Assembly: GCA_051530055.1 (NCBI GenBank)
Contig: CM121341.1
Span: 18,950,784-19,014,783, forward strand
Reading direction: 5' to 3'
From: Neoechinorhynchus agilis
Lineage: Eukaryota > Animalia > Acanthocephala
DNA: 64,000 nucleotides
The notes under the pieces are model-generated. The model did not search any database. It was not told where the DNA came from and saw only the letters and a list, made by a program, of their open reading frames with translations. The translations under genes were made by a program, and so were the position numbers. This document shows, piece after piece, positions 35,581-48,854 of this stretch; position 1 is the first letter of the stretch, and each line of letters starts with the position of its first letter.

Positions 35581-38500
35581 TCACAATTTTCGCTGTTGGC
35601 ATTCCTTTACCACTGTTTCAGCACATTCCCGGTGCACTATTAATCCGCAATTGATGCACATTTGTCCTTGTCTCGATAAACCCCAAAGAAATCCATGACA
35701 GTGATCGCATGTCTTTGGCCTGAATTTTAAAACCGACTGAAAATGGTGACGGAATTCCCATCGAAGGACAAAGTAATTAGTTCGAATAGAAAAGTATTTT
35801 CGAATTTCATCTTTACTGATTTTTCCATCACTAGGGGTACAAAGAATGTGGCATGAAGAAATAAATTCATTATCTTACTTATTTTTGTCGATGTAGGAAA
35901 AGGATTCAATAAAAGGAAAGTTTGCTTTAATATCCTGAAACTCAGTTTCAGATATAAAACCATCCTTATCAACATCGTAATTTTCAAAAACAGCGTTTAT
36001 CATCTTTTCGAGGTTTTCTTTGAAGTCATGTTGACCCAATGGATATCCTATGAGTGACCTTTCCATAATATCACTGTACACGCAGTCGTCCTGTGAAAAT
36101 TTAAGGTAATTAAAAGGTTAAGAGCAATTAGTAAAATGCAATGCACTTCGCAAAAAATCAATTAGGTGGCTGAAAATCAACAGAAAAAATGCTCGCTTAA
36201 TATTGTTAGTCTCTTATGTCACCGGACAAGTTCATTCTCCTTACTTCAATTGCAAGGTAAATGTTCTGAAGCTGTGAGCAAACTCCTTTTTTCAAGACAG
36301 TTGTTCATATTTCGCATCAAAATATGTACGCCCCATCGGCAAAAGGTAAATGTTAAATCTAGAAGCCGATCGGGCGCACAACTCTATTATTAAGATTACA
36401 TACCAAGCGAAACCGTTCGCTTGATTTCATTTCGTTCCTAGGTTCACGTTTCAACGACAATTCATATAGGTCATTATCGTCGCAGCTGAGGTTGAATGAA
36501 ACCTATTTAAAAATATTTGACTTCTGGCACTGTCGGTGATTATAAAACAAACCATTAAAATATCGACGAGGCTTGAATCGACCGCCAGCGCTGTCTTTTC
36601 GGAGCGCAACGCTATAATTGGTTCGATAACTGCGAAAATTTGCAAAAGCTTTCGAACATCAAGCTCGTTATGAACACTTGGCATTGCAACTTCGTATAAG
36701 GTCAAATCCTTAAGAATAATTCCAGCGATTGGGATCTTTGGGCAATCACTATCATTGAAGCATTGTCGGTAATTCCTGTAGTTTCCACTCGGTGACAATA
36801 CATGCTGTAAATACTGAAGTTTCTAAATAAAGATATTAAACATTTGTAATAGATCTTGAATCTTAGAATTTTTATTGCTTTCGACAAAACACTATTTCTA
36901 CGTTGTTCTTTTCTCTAACTTAAAAATATATTTGAATCTTCTGCTGATCGAATGAACTGCATTTCGTTGAGTTCAATGTCAGCCAGTCCAAAAAGCTTAT
37001 TATTACCAATAATTACCATGTAAATTTTCTACATTAAAAGTAAAACACGCTTACAAGAACTAGGCGAACGCATCTCACTTGTTTTTTGATTTGAAATTCT
37101 AATAAAAGATAATTGTTTGATCGTATTCATACAATCTTAAGGAAATGTGTAAAAACATAAAATTATTTTTCTCATACTTAATTGTGCATGTGAACATTCC
37201 TTAAAAAGCAGGGAGGCAAATATCAGTTGCAAAATCCTATATATAGTGAGAACGATCAGTTTAGTATATAAAGAGTGACTTCGGTTTAAGTTATCATTTG
37301 GCTTCTTTATTGGGCATTCCTTTTAAAGGGGAAAAATATATTCGTTGATGATAAAACCATTTAATGTCAGTCGGTAACTCGTTATGTTATGTCTACTTAT
37401 TTCTATATCAAAAGATTTATTCTTTATACAAATTTACTTGGTTGGCAGCAGTTAGAATGTTTTGGTTTCCATTGAATTGCATGCGGTCAATCGTACGTTA
37501 AGGTTCGTTTTGGAATTTAATGCGATACAGTTGATTAAAATTGCGAATTAATAAAATTCAAATGCAAACCTTAACTTCGTAGTTGGGTCTAGGCAATATC
37601 TCTAGAGCCGCCGTGAAAAAACAGGATTTTGCACCCAACAAATCGAAAAGATGTTATTGTAAATTTACATACAAAGTGCAATTTTTCGGCGAATGTGCAC
37701 AAATTAACTTCAATTTAAGAAACACAATGTATAAATCTTACCTTCTTATCATTGCTTCTCATTTGTGCCAATGTGTTAGAAAGTCTAAGGACAGTGGTGT
37801 TGCATACTCCACCAACAACCGCCATGAGGCTATTGTAGTTATTTTGTCGTTTAAGATTCTTGAGTTTAAGGTGCATTGGAATCGCCTTTTTGAAAAGAGT
37901 GTCGAACCTCTGCAATATCCACGAATTTGCATATTATATTGCATCGTTCAAATGGTTCGAGTTCTTTTAGCACCATGCACTGAGTCCATTTACAGAGCCC
38001 GTTCGACAACTGCACAAATCGGTTGAGGTTTGGACAGGTCAATAAAGATCCTGTTCTTGCATAATCCCGTAACTCAGTGAACTATAAACAAATGAATGAC
38101 GCGTGATGAATATTAAGTTTTATTAACCGGAAGTCCACTGAACATCTTAAGGTCCAAGTATGTAAGACAAGTTGCGATCTCGTTGGCGTCACTATTCAAT
38201 ATTGACATTGATTGGCGGCGAGATCGTATTTCCTCTGTATGCGTTGTCAATCGGTTAGTGGATATCGCTAGTCTGCAAAATCTTATGCTAAAACCAAGTG
38301 AATTCACTTTTACCTTAATCCATTTGCGATTTCTCGAAGAGCCAATTTCAACACAGGAATGTTCATGCTTTCTCCAAAGTGTTCAAATTTGCTGCAACAA
38401 TCCTCATCAAAGATATAGTCATAATTACTTGTCCAGTGCCTTCAGTGCGTTGGCTGCAATTAGCCGATTGTCATTAAAATGCACTAAACCTTAACAAATC

Positions 38501-39726
38501 TATTATTTTCGTTTTCAGACATGAGTCAGCATCCAATAATTTTTTCCCTAACGCGCTTAGCAAATCGTGAGTTTCTATTGACCACATATGGACGCAGAGT
38601 AGTGCATTTAAGATCGAATCTTTTAGACAGGTGCAACCTTAATAAATATAAGACTATTAAAAATAAGCATAGTTGTAAAAAGGTTCAAAATATATTCAAA
38701 CTGGAAGCTGATTGTAAAATATAAATATACGGATAAATCAATGTAGTAAAATTAAATTTAAATTATAAAAAATCGAAATCTCCGTTTCGGCCAAAGAGAT
38801 TTACAATTGTATCATTGATTCTATGACTAATTATTTCCTCGCGTAGTTTTCAATTATTTTTAGATCTTCGGTAATCTATCAATGGCGTCAATTTTTCAAT
38901 TTTTTGGTATGTTTTAATGATCCGCATTATGAACATTTTAAGGGGAACACCGGATCAATAGCCATTTCCCATTTCGAATTATCTGCAGTTTCACACGAAA
39001 TTGTTACCCATAAAATGTTCGCATCAAAGTCGAAACGATTTAATGTACTATTAAAGCTCTAGTTTAATATCCAATGTTCTACTATTGTGAAAATGCGATT
39101 ATTACGCCTTGAAGCTTTGTACGATTTTATACCCATATCACTTTCGTCTAGACAGCCAGAGCTGCTAAATCGTAAATTATTGAAAAGCTCGTGCGATTTA
39201 ATACCTCTAAACTTCATTCTAATCGTATTCCATCATAAATTTACTCGTTGCTGTATAGAATTCTATTATACCTGTTCCTTACCAATAAGCTCGGTATGGA
39301 AAGTTCCAATTTCAATTTTTGGTTCTAATAATTGCCTATTCTACCAGTCTTACGATATAAGCACTTTAAATGAAGTTTGATACTTTGAAGATTAAATTGT
39401 TCATGTTATTAGCTGGCGTAAAAATTAAAAGAATTTATTAATTCCAATATTTCGGCACAATCTTGCGCCTTTATCAAGGTTGCTTTTAAGTTTGTTCAGG
39501 CATTCGCACAGTTGAAAAAACTTACAAGCAACCTTGATAAAGGTACAAGATTGTGCCGAAATACTGGAATCAATAAAATTCTTCTAATTTTTGCATCAGA
39601 TACAAATAAGCTTGGTGCACCGTGATACCCACTTGACTTTTCTATTAAATACGCTGCGAGGTCACTGGGACCTGTCATAACTTTATAGACATCATTAGCA
39701 TCGTTCAAGGTATCATTTTCAGTCAT
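35581..39726 (-). CDS. RASGRP: RasGRP-family Ras guanyl-releasing protein (REM-RasGEF-EF hands-C1), multi-exon; 5' end uncertain
   Basis: DANEIATCLTYLD, NNYNSLMAVVGG, GNYRNYR..KIPIAGIILKDL, VFENYDVDKDGFISETEF..NFPF, IDKNN/DGKIS across intron 35831-35878, C1 HHF..TCDHCHGFLWGLSRQGQMCINCGLIVHREC; stop at 35581. Confidence 0.92.
39413..39599. repeat. Inverted repeat: 78/79-bp arms, 30-nt loop, spanning a RasGRP exon-intron junction
   Basis: 39413-39490 is the reverse complement of 39521-39599 with about nine substitutions and one indel. Confidence 0.9.
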
Positions 39727-40712
39727 TTGACAGTTCTCTGAGACCGAGCAGGTTTCTATAATCGTTGAATCCTAGTGCCGTTAATCTAGTAAGTGCTCAT
39801 AGAACTTTCCTATACCACTATGACATGTGGAAGTAGACAGCAGCCTTCTTTGATTCCTTCTTCCATCAAACTTAAAGTTTGCCTATATACGCCTTTAATG
39901 AAAAAGGCGGAGTAGCGCCTTTAGTCCTGTAACCCCATGGGTAATGCATACAAAATTTCCTTGCCTTCGATGTTGACGTTCGTAAATGAAAAATTGGCTG
40001 AAAAGACGGCGTCAGATATTCATATTCAACTATCATTCACTCAAGTAACAAGGACGGAAATAAACTCTTCAGAAGATCGAATTAAGATTACGACAAACCC
40101 GGCTCGCACTCAGTCAATGTAGTAACTTGTTATCCATGATCAGTACCCGCAAAATCGGTAGAATGGTGTAGTGTTAATGCAATCACCACGGATGGAAATA
40201 TCCACAAGTTGCGATGCATTTTAGCCATGTTTTCATTTTGCATTTTCTACCCGCAAACAGTCAAAAAGAGAATATCAAAAATAGATCGCTTTAATTTGTC
40301 GGAATATGTTAACTTTTAGTAGTGTCAGGAAGTGTGGACAATTCCAACTCGACCGTCCTATCATCAGATAATCCAATATCAGCACATATTCTAAAGAAAT
40401 TTGCATTGCATAAGCAATCTTTGAGATTCACGACTTCAGAGAAAAGGGATCTCATTTTAAAAGAAGTGGGTGCTTTCGAAAGTTAGAGTTGCAGGAGTGA
40501 CACGTTCTTTTATTAGACGCCAGTGAAAAAGTGTTTGTTCAGCAACGTAAATTGGGTTTTCTGCTTTCCATTTGATGAAAGGTTGGCTACAAAATGAAGT
40601 TTCTAAACCTCGCAAACATCTTGGGCACCAAAGCAATTATCCGTTTCCTGGGGCAAATACCAGTTGTACAGTATTGTAATAAAAAAGGACTACTATAACT
40701 CATAGAATTTCA

Positions 40713-42051
40713 TTAGTACAAACCCTTTGCGTCGTACCTTTCCACGATTGGTGTCATTTCATTTTCGATTGTTTGCTTGTTTTCTATTCGATTCTTCACT
40801 TTTGTAAAAATTAGATAGGTTAATAGTGGTATTGGCGTTGCAGCAGCCACTAAAATTGGACACAAAACCACAAGACTTGCAAATGGTTCGTCAAGGTATT
40901 GCGAGAGCATAAAGATCGCAATACCGACATTCTGAACACCTAATGAGGCCGTTCATTGTTTAAGCAAAACGAAAGGAACGTACCTGTTTCAACACAAATC
41001 GCAATAATGTCTTTTCGAGGTCTTTTTAAAGCAAACGATATAGTAAAGCCAGCTAAGAATCCAAACATTGGTAACGACATACTTATGATTATTACCTGCC
41101 ACGGCGCGTATAGAATAATGTTTCTGTAATTGAGTACTCCGACAATAACGACGAAGACGATAATCACAGGGAAGACGTATTTCATTTTTCGACCTATGCT
41201 TGAACCAATAATCTCGTAAAAATACCTCACCAAAACACCTAGCAAAAGAGGAATTACCAAAGTAACAACTGCAATTGCTAATTTCCCGAACGGCAGAGCA
41301 ATCGACTTTCCAGCTACCACTCGACCCAGTGTAAATATCCAGAATGGAATAGTAAGGAATGAGACTCTGTGAGCATGATGCTGTTTTGATGGAGTCTCGT
41401 GCTAAAAAGCATTCATCTCAAACGGACAGTACTCGAGAAAGTCATAACAACAGACAAGTCAACGTTTCCACCGAACAGAAATGTGTACAGATTGCTTGCA
41501 CCGCCACCCGGAACGATTCCGCAAACGAATATACCGATTCCATAGAATGCCAAATCTTTGTCGTGCTTAAGTGCTCTACTGAGCCCAAGAGAAATAAGAG
41601 GCATCAGTGCAAACTGACAAAAGAGACCAATAATAATATTTACGGGATTCATAAGATGAACGTTCATTTCCTTTATATTCAATGTGCATCCCATTGTAAA
41701 CAGGGCAACAAAAAGTATCACACTCAGGCCAATACTGAAAACCTTTTGAATAACGACTCTATTATACAAAGCGTTAATTGTCAATAGGAACGATTGAGTG
41801 TGATTTAGGCGGATATAAATTTTTGATTGGGACAATCGCCGACATGATATCATTAAATCACATTTTTCTGCAGGATTTATATTACAATGCTCAGATTCGA
41901 CTTCAATTTCATAATTTGATACATTGAACATTGAGCACAGGTTCAAAGTCACATTTGTGTCAATCCACACCGTTATCGTTTGATTGGAAGACACATAATT
42001 CGCATCAAATAAAAAACCAAACAAGTTCAAAAAATAAAATATATTTTGCAT
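40713..42051 (-). CDS. SLC10 bile acid:sodium symporter family protein, at least 3 exons
   Basis: LFTMGCTL, IIGLFCQFALMP, CGIVPGGGASNLYTFLFGGNVDLSVVMTFSST, IAICVETG/VQNVGIA across a short intron. Confidence 0.92.
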
Positions 42052-42399
42052 TTTGTAAGCAAATTTGAATTCGAGTTGCTATATCATATCACCGTTTATA
42101 ACTCAGCTGCTAAAAACCTTAGTCATTCGTCTTTCGTTCATCAAAAGCAAGCATGAAGCTGCAAGTACTAAGAAACTCCTACGCATACTATACATTCACT
42201 TTGAATTACAACGCTTCGACGTTCAAAAATGTGCTCAATACCATCCTGTCGAAAGCAAAAAGGTAATATTGCATCCAGGTTGGTATCTGATCCATGCAAA
42301 GTCCCAACCCTAAACTCATTTCTATCATTACTATTCACTCATCCAAACTCAAATTTTCGAGTCACCCCGGACTTCTCTCTTTGGGATAATCAATCGTTC

Positions 42400-45070
42400 T
42401 TTGTCGGCATCCCGTAATGATTCCTTCCTTGACCCACCAACCGCAACGAACAATGCAACCCCAATCTCCCTCACTTCCGCCCCCGATTTCCCGAAATCCA
42501 AAATTCCCTTCCCCACCATTTTCTACTGATGAAATTTCACTCATTTCATCTACCTCAAAAGCCGACGTAGCCATTCTTCCCACGTACTCTTCTTCCATGC
42601 ATACCACGATGACCGTCCAGGAGGGGGTCTCAATTTACGTACGGCAATCGCTACCTTACGCTTTATCTCTCATAGCTCTCTATAAAAGCCGATCTAGAAT
42701 TCATCGCAGTCCATTTCTCAGCTCCTCTCAGAAATGGCATTAGGGAATTCACCATTGCTGGCGTCCATCGTCCTCCGGCCTCTCGACCTGAGTCCTCCTT
42801 GCTTCAAATTGACTCTATGATGGAGCTCATAAACTCCACAAATTCGCACCATTTCTTAATTGCAGGGGACTTCAATAATCTATTTTCTCTTCTACCCTTC
42901 TCTGAGTTGCGTCAAATTATTGACTTCCCAACTCGTCTTGACGCTCACCACGACAAAATGTTCACAAATATCGACGCATATTCATCCGCCTCCAAGCTCC
43001 CTCTTCCCCGCGAACTCTGACCACTCTTCTGCCCTTATGGCTCCCTCCATTCAACCTCAGCGTATGAAATCTCCCTGTTTACAAGTTTGGGATAAACGTG
43101 ATCATCACATCCAAAATTTTATAAAATTGTTCAACTCTAATATTCGCACATTTTACTGTGACAACATAAATAAACCTTTTTTGACCATGTCCTCCCTAAC
43201 CTCAATCATACGAAATTCCCTAGCTTCGGCAATTCCCAAGAAATTCATTAGGATCTCCAACCGCGACCCTCCATGGATAACCCCCATTCTGAAACTTCTA
43301 CAAAGGCAAGCTTTTAAGGCCGATCGCAATAACTCCCCAGACTCCTCGTTTACAAAAACCACTTACTAACAAAATACTTATCGCCCGCAAAAACTTCCTC
43401 TAAAATTCGATCAGGTTGCAACACAACAGGCCGCCAAGGACTCTCTTGGTCTACGCCACATGGATCCCTTCCCTAATTTGTTCTCTACTGAATTAAAACA
43501 GGTTCTAGATTCCATTAATCAGAACCTCTGCCTTGACTCAATTTACAATCACTGCTCCACATCCGTCACCGCACAATGTTTCACGCCCACATCTGAAACA
43601 TTTGTCAACTCGCCGATACTCCCCTTAGTTTCATCACATGAAGTACTAGAGTATCTCACGGAATTACTTGGAAATTCGCTCTCTCAATCCGAAATCCCAA
43701 ACTGGGCTCTTTGCTATATCATCCCCGAACGCATCGACCCTCTTACCCACATTATTAGCCACAGCTTTTAAAATGACATCTACTCCTCATGTCTGAAAAC
43801 TGCTAAAGTTACACTTGTTTCAAAAAAGGGCATCCAATTTTGGCCGAATATTTTTGTCCAATTTCCATTTTACCCTCTCTTTAAAAAATCATCGAAAAAT
43901 CTTTAAATCTCGCCTTCTTTCACTTCTCAACGAAAAGTCATCGCTCCTACAATTTAGCTTAAGACCCAGATTTTCTGCAACCGATGCCCTACTTTGCATT
44001 TATGACACACTTCTACGTAACCTCGACAATAATCCCTCCCACGTCACCCGGCTCATTCAACTTGATTTATCTAAACCATTCGGCTCCGCGAACCATTCAC
44101 TCCTTCTCCGGACCTTCTCCGATTTTGGTATCAATTTGTGGCAGATCCGCTGGCTCCAATCTTATCTTCACAATCGCAAACAATACATTCGCTGCCGTTC
44201 TACCTCTTCTATCAGCCTATTCCTCACCAAAGGCGTACCGCAAGGTGCTGTTCTGTCACCACACGCCGACAATATCACCCTCATCACCCATGCACCACCA
44301 CACTTCTCCCTTTCCATAACCTCTAAAGAAATCACAAACACATAAACGATTTCTGAACCAATCACATACTGCACCTGAATTTGATCCTCTCTCTCGCAAC
44401 CTCACATCATCCCCTGAACTTCTAAATGAAATCCTACGAGTAATTTCCCTAAGAATTCTGGGTATCCAATTTCAATCAAATTTGAAATAGGACTCGCACA
44501 TCACTCTCCCTCAACCGCAACACCCTAAAAATTTATCTCCTCGAACGACTCCGACATTTATTAATCCCTTCAACCGATCTCTACAAATTTCACTTCTGCT
44601 TTATATTACATTCCCTCGCCTACGGTTCGCCCGTATTTTGCAACCTTTGCAAATCTCAAATCCGCCGTCTTGAAATTCTTCAAAAAAGAGCATCTAAAAT
44701 TTGCACAGCTGACTTTCCCCTTTTCACCGAATGCCTTGATCCTATTTTCATAAAGCAATCAAAACGCCTATCAACCCCACATCCACAATTTCTTCCACAT
44801 ATCCCTCCCTTGTCACACGAGCACAACACTCGTAATCCTAATGCTTTTCGTCCCGTATACTCATTTTTCCTTGCTGCCCAATCTTCTCGGATATCATAAC
44901 TTGAATTGAACCTGAACAAAGACCAACCTTACAAGCGCTCCGGCAAACAATAACCACAAATTCCCACCAGAACGGACTATCCAACCCAGCCGGATATTCT
45001 CAAACGAACGGACATCCCCAGATCGGATATTCTCGCCAGAACGGACTTTCCCCGACCCCAGCAAATCTGC
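42400..45070 (+). mobile_element. L2/CR1-like LINE, most complete copy, frameshifted
   Basis: LIAGDFN, IDFPTR, DPPWITP, QLDLSKPF, QIRWLQSYLHNRKQY, GVPQGAVLSP; 3' tail with CGGA(C/T)A(T/C)TC motifs. Clade assignment tentative. Confidence 0.85.
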
Positions 45071-45151
45071 ATTCCATAGTTTCAAACAATATTGTTTTCG
45101 CTAAAATAAGGATTACCCTATCTTCAATAAAAACAATGCAACAAGGGGGAT

Positions 45152-45831
45152 CCAAAGGTACATGGATCCAATTCTTGCTATCTAGCAAACAAAATAGACG
45201 TGTTATTATTATGTTCGTCGCATGATAATTGGCTGACTTGACAGATACCATCAGTTTCATAAAAGGTTCTCGCTTTACATAATAGAAAACAAATCATCCC
45301 TCCGACCAGATATTACCACCCGAACGGGCATCCCTCGATTCGATATTCCCATCCTAACGGATACGTTTTTTGAACAATGTGAGCTCGAATGCTTATGAGG
45401 ACCCAAAGGTACACGGGTACAATTCTTGTTATCTAGCAAACAAAATAGACGTGTTATTATTATGTTCGTCGCATGATAATTGGCTAACTTGACAGATACC
45501 ACCAGTTTCATAAAAGGTTCTAGCTTTACATAATCGAAAACAAATCATCCCTCCGATCAGATATTACCACCCGAACGCGCATCCCTCGATGGGATATTCC
45601 CATTCTAACGGATACTTTTTTGAACAATGTGAACTCGGATGCTTATGAGGACCCAAAGGTACATGGGTTCAATTCTTGTTATTTAGCAAACAAAATAGAC
45701 GTGTTATTATTATGTTCGTCGCATGATAATTGGCTGACTTGACAGATACCATCAGTTTCATAAAAGGTTCTCGCTTTACATAATAGAAAACAAATCATCC
45801 CTGCGACCAGATATTACCACCCGAACGGGCA
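45152..45831. repeat. Tandem repeat, ~250-bp unit, ~2.7 copies
   Basis: ccaaaggtaca at 45152, 45403 and 45653; units highly similar. Confidence 0.95.
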
Positions 45832-46106
45832 TAACAAATCGCGAATGAATACAGTACATTCAAAGAGTTCTCTAGATTGTTTTACAAAGTATAGCAAACA
45901 AAAAATCGTAAACGTGACATCAGTCGTGAGTAAAGAAATAAATTTTTCTTTCAAAATTAGGCTCGATTACTTGGAAGATAACATTGGAAAGCAAAACTTT
46001 TTAAATTGAAGCGGATTTCTGAGATTGTCGCTAAGCAACGAGTACTCCTTAAAATAAAAAATGTATCATATAGATTTGAAGGAACTAAAAATTAAGTTGA
46101 TAACTA

Positions 46107-46860
46107 ATGTGTTGTTGGGCGTTCATTGTACTTTTCGTAGGGCAACAGATCGCTGTTACACTTGGCGACGATATCAATCCTTCAATCCAGTCGTATTTCA
46201 GCAACAATCTTGTTCAGTGCATGAATAACCATCGTAGCCATCATGGCTCACCACCACTTTCTCTGAGTCCGCAATTAAATGAGAAAGCCAAGGAGCGTGT
46301 TAAAAAGATGATGCACGACCAATATTTGATGATCGACAAGGGGGAAACTATGTTTTATTTTAAATCTACGTCAAATATCCGTAATGAAGCGGATAACAGT
46401 TTTGCGCAGTGGGCCATCGGATTGTGTAGAATAATCGATGCATCTAAGACTTTGTTGTGCTCGTGGAAGCATCGTTTGTTGTAAAATGTGGTATTGTCAA
46501 ATATTGGATTACGACTTTTTGGAAGGTCGATACTTGCCAAATACAACGAGCTTCACACAAATGGTTTGGAAATCTTCTACATCTGTAGGTTTCGGAGTTG
46601 GCGTTTACGAAAACCGGGTTGACCGAACGAAGTTAGACTACTATTTTCTTAGAATATTCTCTCCGGCAGGGAACGCTCCGAGGACGATCGGTTATGAAAA
46701 CCCGTACATCCAAAATGTCCTTATTACCAAATTTGATTATAAAAGCTATTGTGATGCATATAAAAAAACAACAAAAAGTATGGCAAATAAAACATCAGAA
46801 AGCTTAGTTCAGATCGAGTTGAATATTAGGAAGCATCATTACGGCGAGAGAAGGAATTAG
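46107..46860 (+). CDS. Secreted CAP/SCP (GLIPR2-like) protein; frame change near 46410-46448 probably a short intron
   Basis: Hydrophobic leader, NNHRSHHGSPPLSLSPQL, MWY..ILDYDF, SFTQMVWKSSTSVGFG, FSPAGN. Confidence 0.85.
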
Positions 46861-47044
46861 TACCATGGAACCAAGTTGACGGTCGGAGTAATGTTTATGT
46901 TGATTTATTTTATCACTTTAAAAAATGTTTTTGATTTGTACTTGCAAGTGTTTCAATCTGTATTAGCATTTTACTGCTGATTCAATACTTTTATAATATA
47001 AAATTACTTTAAATAAATGGCCCGGTAGATATCTTATTTGAGGA

Positions 47045-47905
47045 CTAGTTGAATAAACGGCGATTAAAATCCGTCAAATAGAAATAATCCAATGTTTACA
47101 AATTTAAAAAATTCTTCTTAAATCTTCTTCATTGATTGTTACAATCGAGTACAAAATTTAATAAATTTCTTTTTTTTATTATTTTCTTGAGGTACTTTTT
47201 GAAAACTTCATTTGCGACAAGATCTGCGAAGAAGATGGCTCGAGTCGGAATCATGAACGATGTTGAGCTTAATTCTTTTATTCCGCATTATGATGATTTT
47301 CTAGGTAGATCGCAGCGAATCCTTAATCACTTGAAAGAAGTCTTAGATAACAACGTTACTTTACGGGTGAGCATTGCATCGATCGAAGCTATTCGGGTGT
47401 CTTTGCTTTCATTTTTGGAAGAATTCAATTTTTTATTTTGTAAGATTCCATAATTTCCTGTTTTCTTTTGGTAGTTTTGCCACAACGGATTTAAATTCAC
47501 TAGTTTATTTCCGATATTTCACGTCGGATAATTTCGACACTATCAAGGTTTGTCATCTAAAACACGAACATTAGCGTTATTCTACGGACTGGTTATTTCG
47601 GATTATTATTTTCTTGAAGTACTTTTTTGAAAACTTCATTTCTTGTAAATTCTCACTGATCATTTAGTACCTTTCGTTGTTACCGAGTATCTCTTATTTG
47701 TATTTTGACATTGTTTGGATTTCTAGAACGTCACAGTGTGAGCTAATGTTGTCCACGAGAGAAGATTGACGGTTGTAAATCAATTGCTAGATTTTCAAGT
47801 GTTTGCCCTTGCGACTTATTAATAGTAATTGCCAATTCTGGAATAATAGGAAACTGCCGCCGCTTTAAAGTAAATGGTAAAATGGTGTCACTTTGTTTGA
47901 AGAGT
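47045..47905 (-). mobile_element. Helitron relic: PIF1-like helicase C-terminus and candidate 3' terminus
   Basis: Hand translation: DTILPFTLKRRQFP..AITINKSQGQTL..IFSRGQH*LTL*RSRNP; downstream gacgg..ccgtt hairpin followed by CTAG|T at 47045. Confidence 0.75.
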
Positions 47906-47916
47906 TATACGAGGTA

Positions 47917-48410
47917 TCAAAACTTCTGAAGATATTTCCGTATTTTCCCCCCTTCCGCTGCACTGGCGGCACCACCGGCGATTTCGAGGGAGTAGGGGAT
48001 GTTGCTTACGGCGAGCGTCTCCACACACGTGGCGTCCCAGAGAAGGCATTTGCCATCCCGCCACGGAAATACCGAAATTCCGTCAGGTCGGCGACCGTCT
48101 AGTCGACAAAGATGGGCGGGTTCCGGGATGTTCGGGAAGTTCGCCGTTCTCAACGCCCGAGAAATTGCATTATTGATTTCAGAATGGCGTGAGAACTTTC
48201 CTGCTGACCTTCTGCAGACGAGAACGTGTCGCCCGAAAGCATCAACCAAAGACCCACATCGACAGCGATGGGGCGTGCATATCGGGAGACCAAGTCTTAA
48301 AGATACTGCGATCCTCGTTACCTCGTCAGTAAGAAGAGTTCCCACTGATGCCAGGGGAACAGCCTCCGACCACGCCCCAGATTCTCGTGTTGAAACTGCC
48401 AACAGTCGTC
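47917..48410 (-). mobile_element. CRE-like endonuclease fragment, close relative of 24918-25530
   Basis: CRCG..HVLVC..RHSEIN, GRRPDG, WDATC; long DNA matches to 25130-25530. Confidence 0.9.
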
Positions 48411-48854
48411 TTCATTGAACACACAAAAAGAAAATCTTCATGAGACAATAATGTTCGCTGCCAGAATTTTCAGTACGATCGAGTACAGCTTACAATGGGT
48501 ACATTCCGGTATTCGATTTGTTCCGAATTTTTATGTAGGAAATCAGTGTAAACCTGTAGCTACTGGGCATTTTTCGTTTATCATAAACTTATTATACGTG
48601 CAATTTCTATTTTATCGGCAGTTCAGTGAACCATCGTAGTGGGAAGGACCTACGCATTTGAGATTTCGGCACGCAGTATTTCGTGATCCGCTGAACTTGA
48701 AATCTTTGTACTTTTAGACTATTATACATTCATTCAACTTAGCATTTCCGCGATCATGGTTTAAATTACTTATCTTGTATTCGCTAAAACAAACAGAAAC
48801 AACGATGACTTTGTTGTATCTAATACAAATGCAATTCACTATGGTTACCAGATT

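Noticed and set aside
45152-45831. CRISPR array
   Set aside because: Whole 250-bp units repeat; no unique spacers; eukaryotic context.
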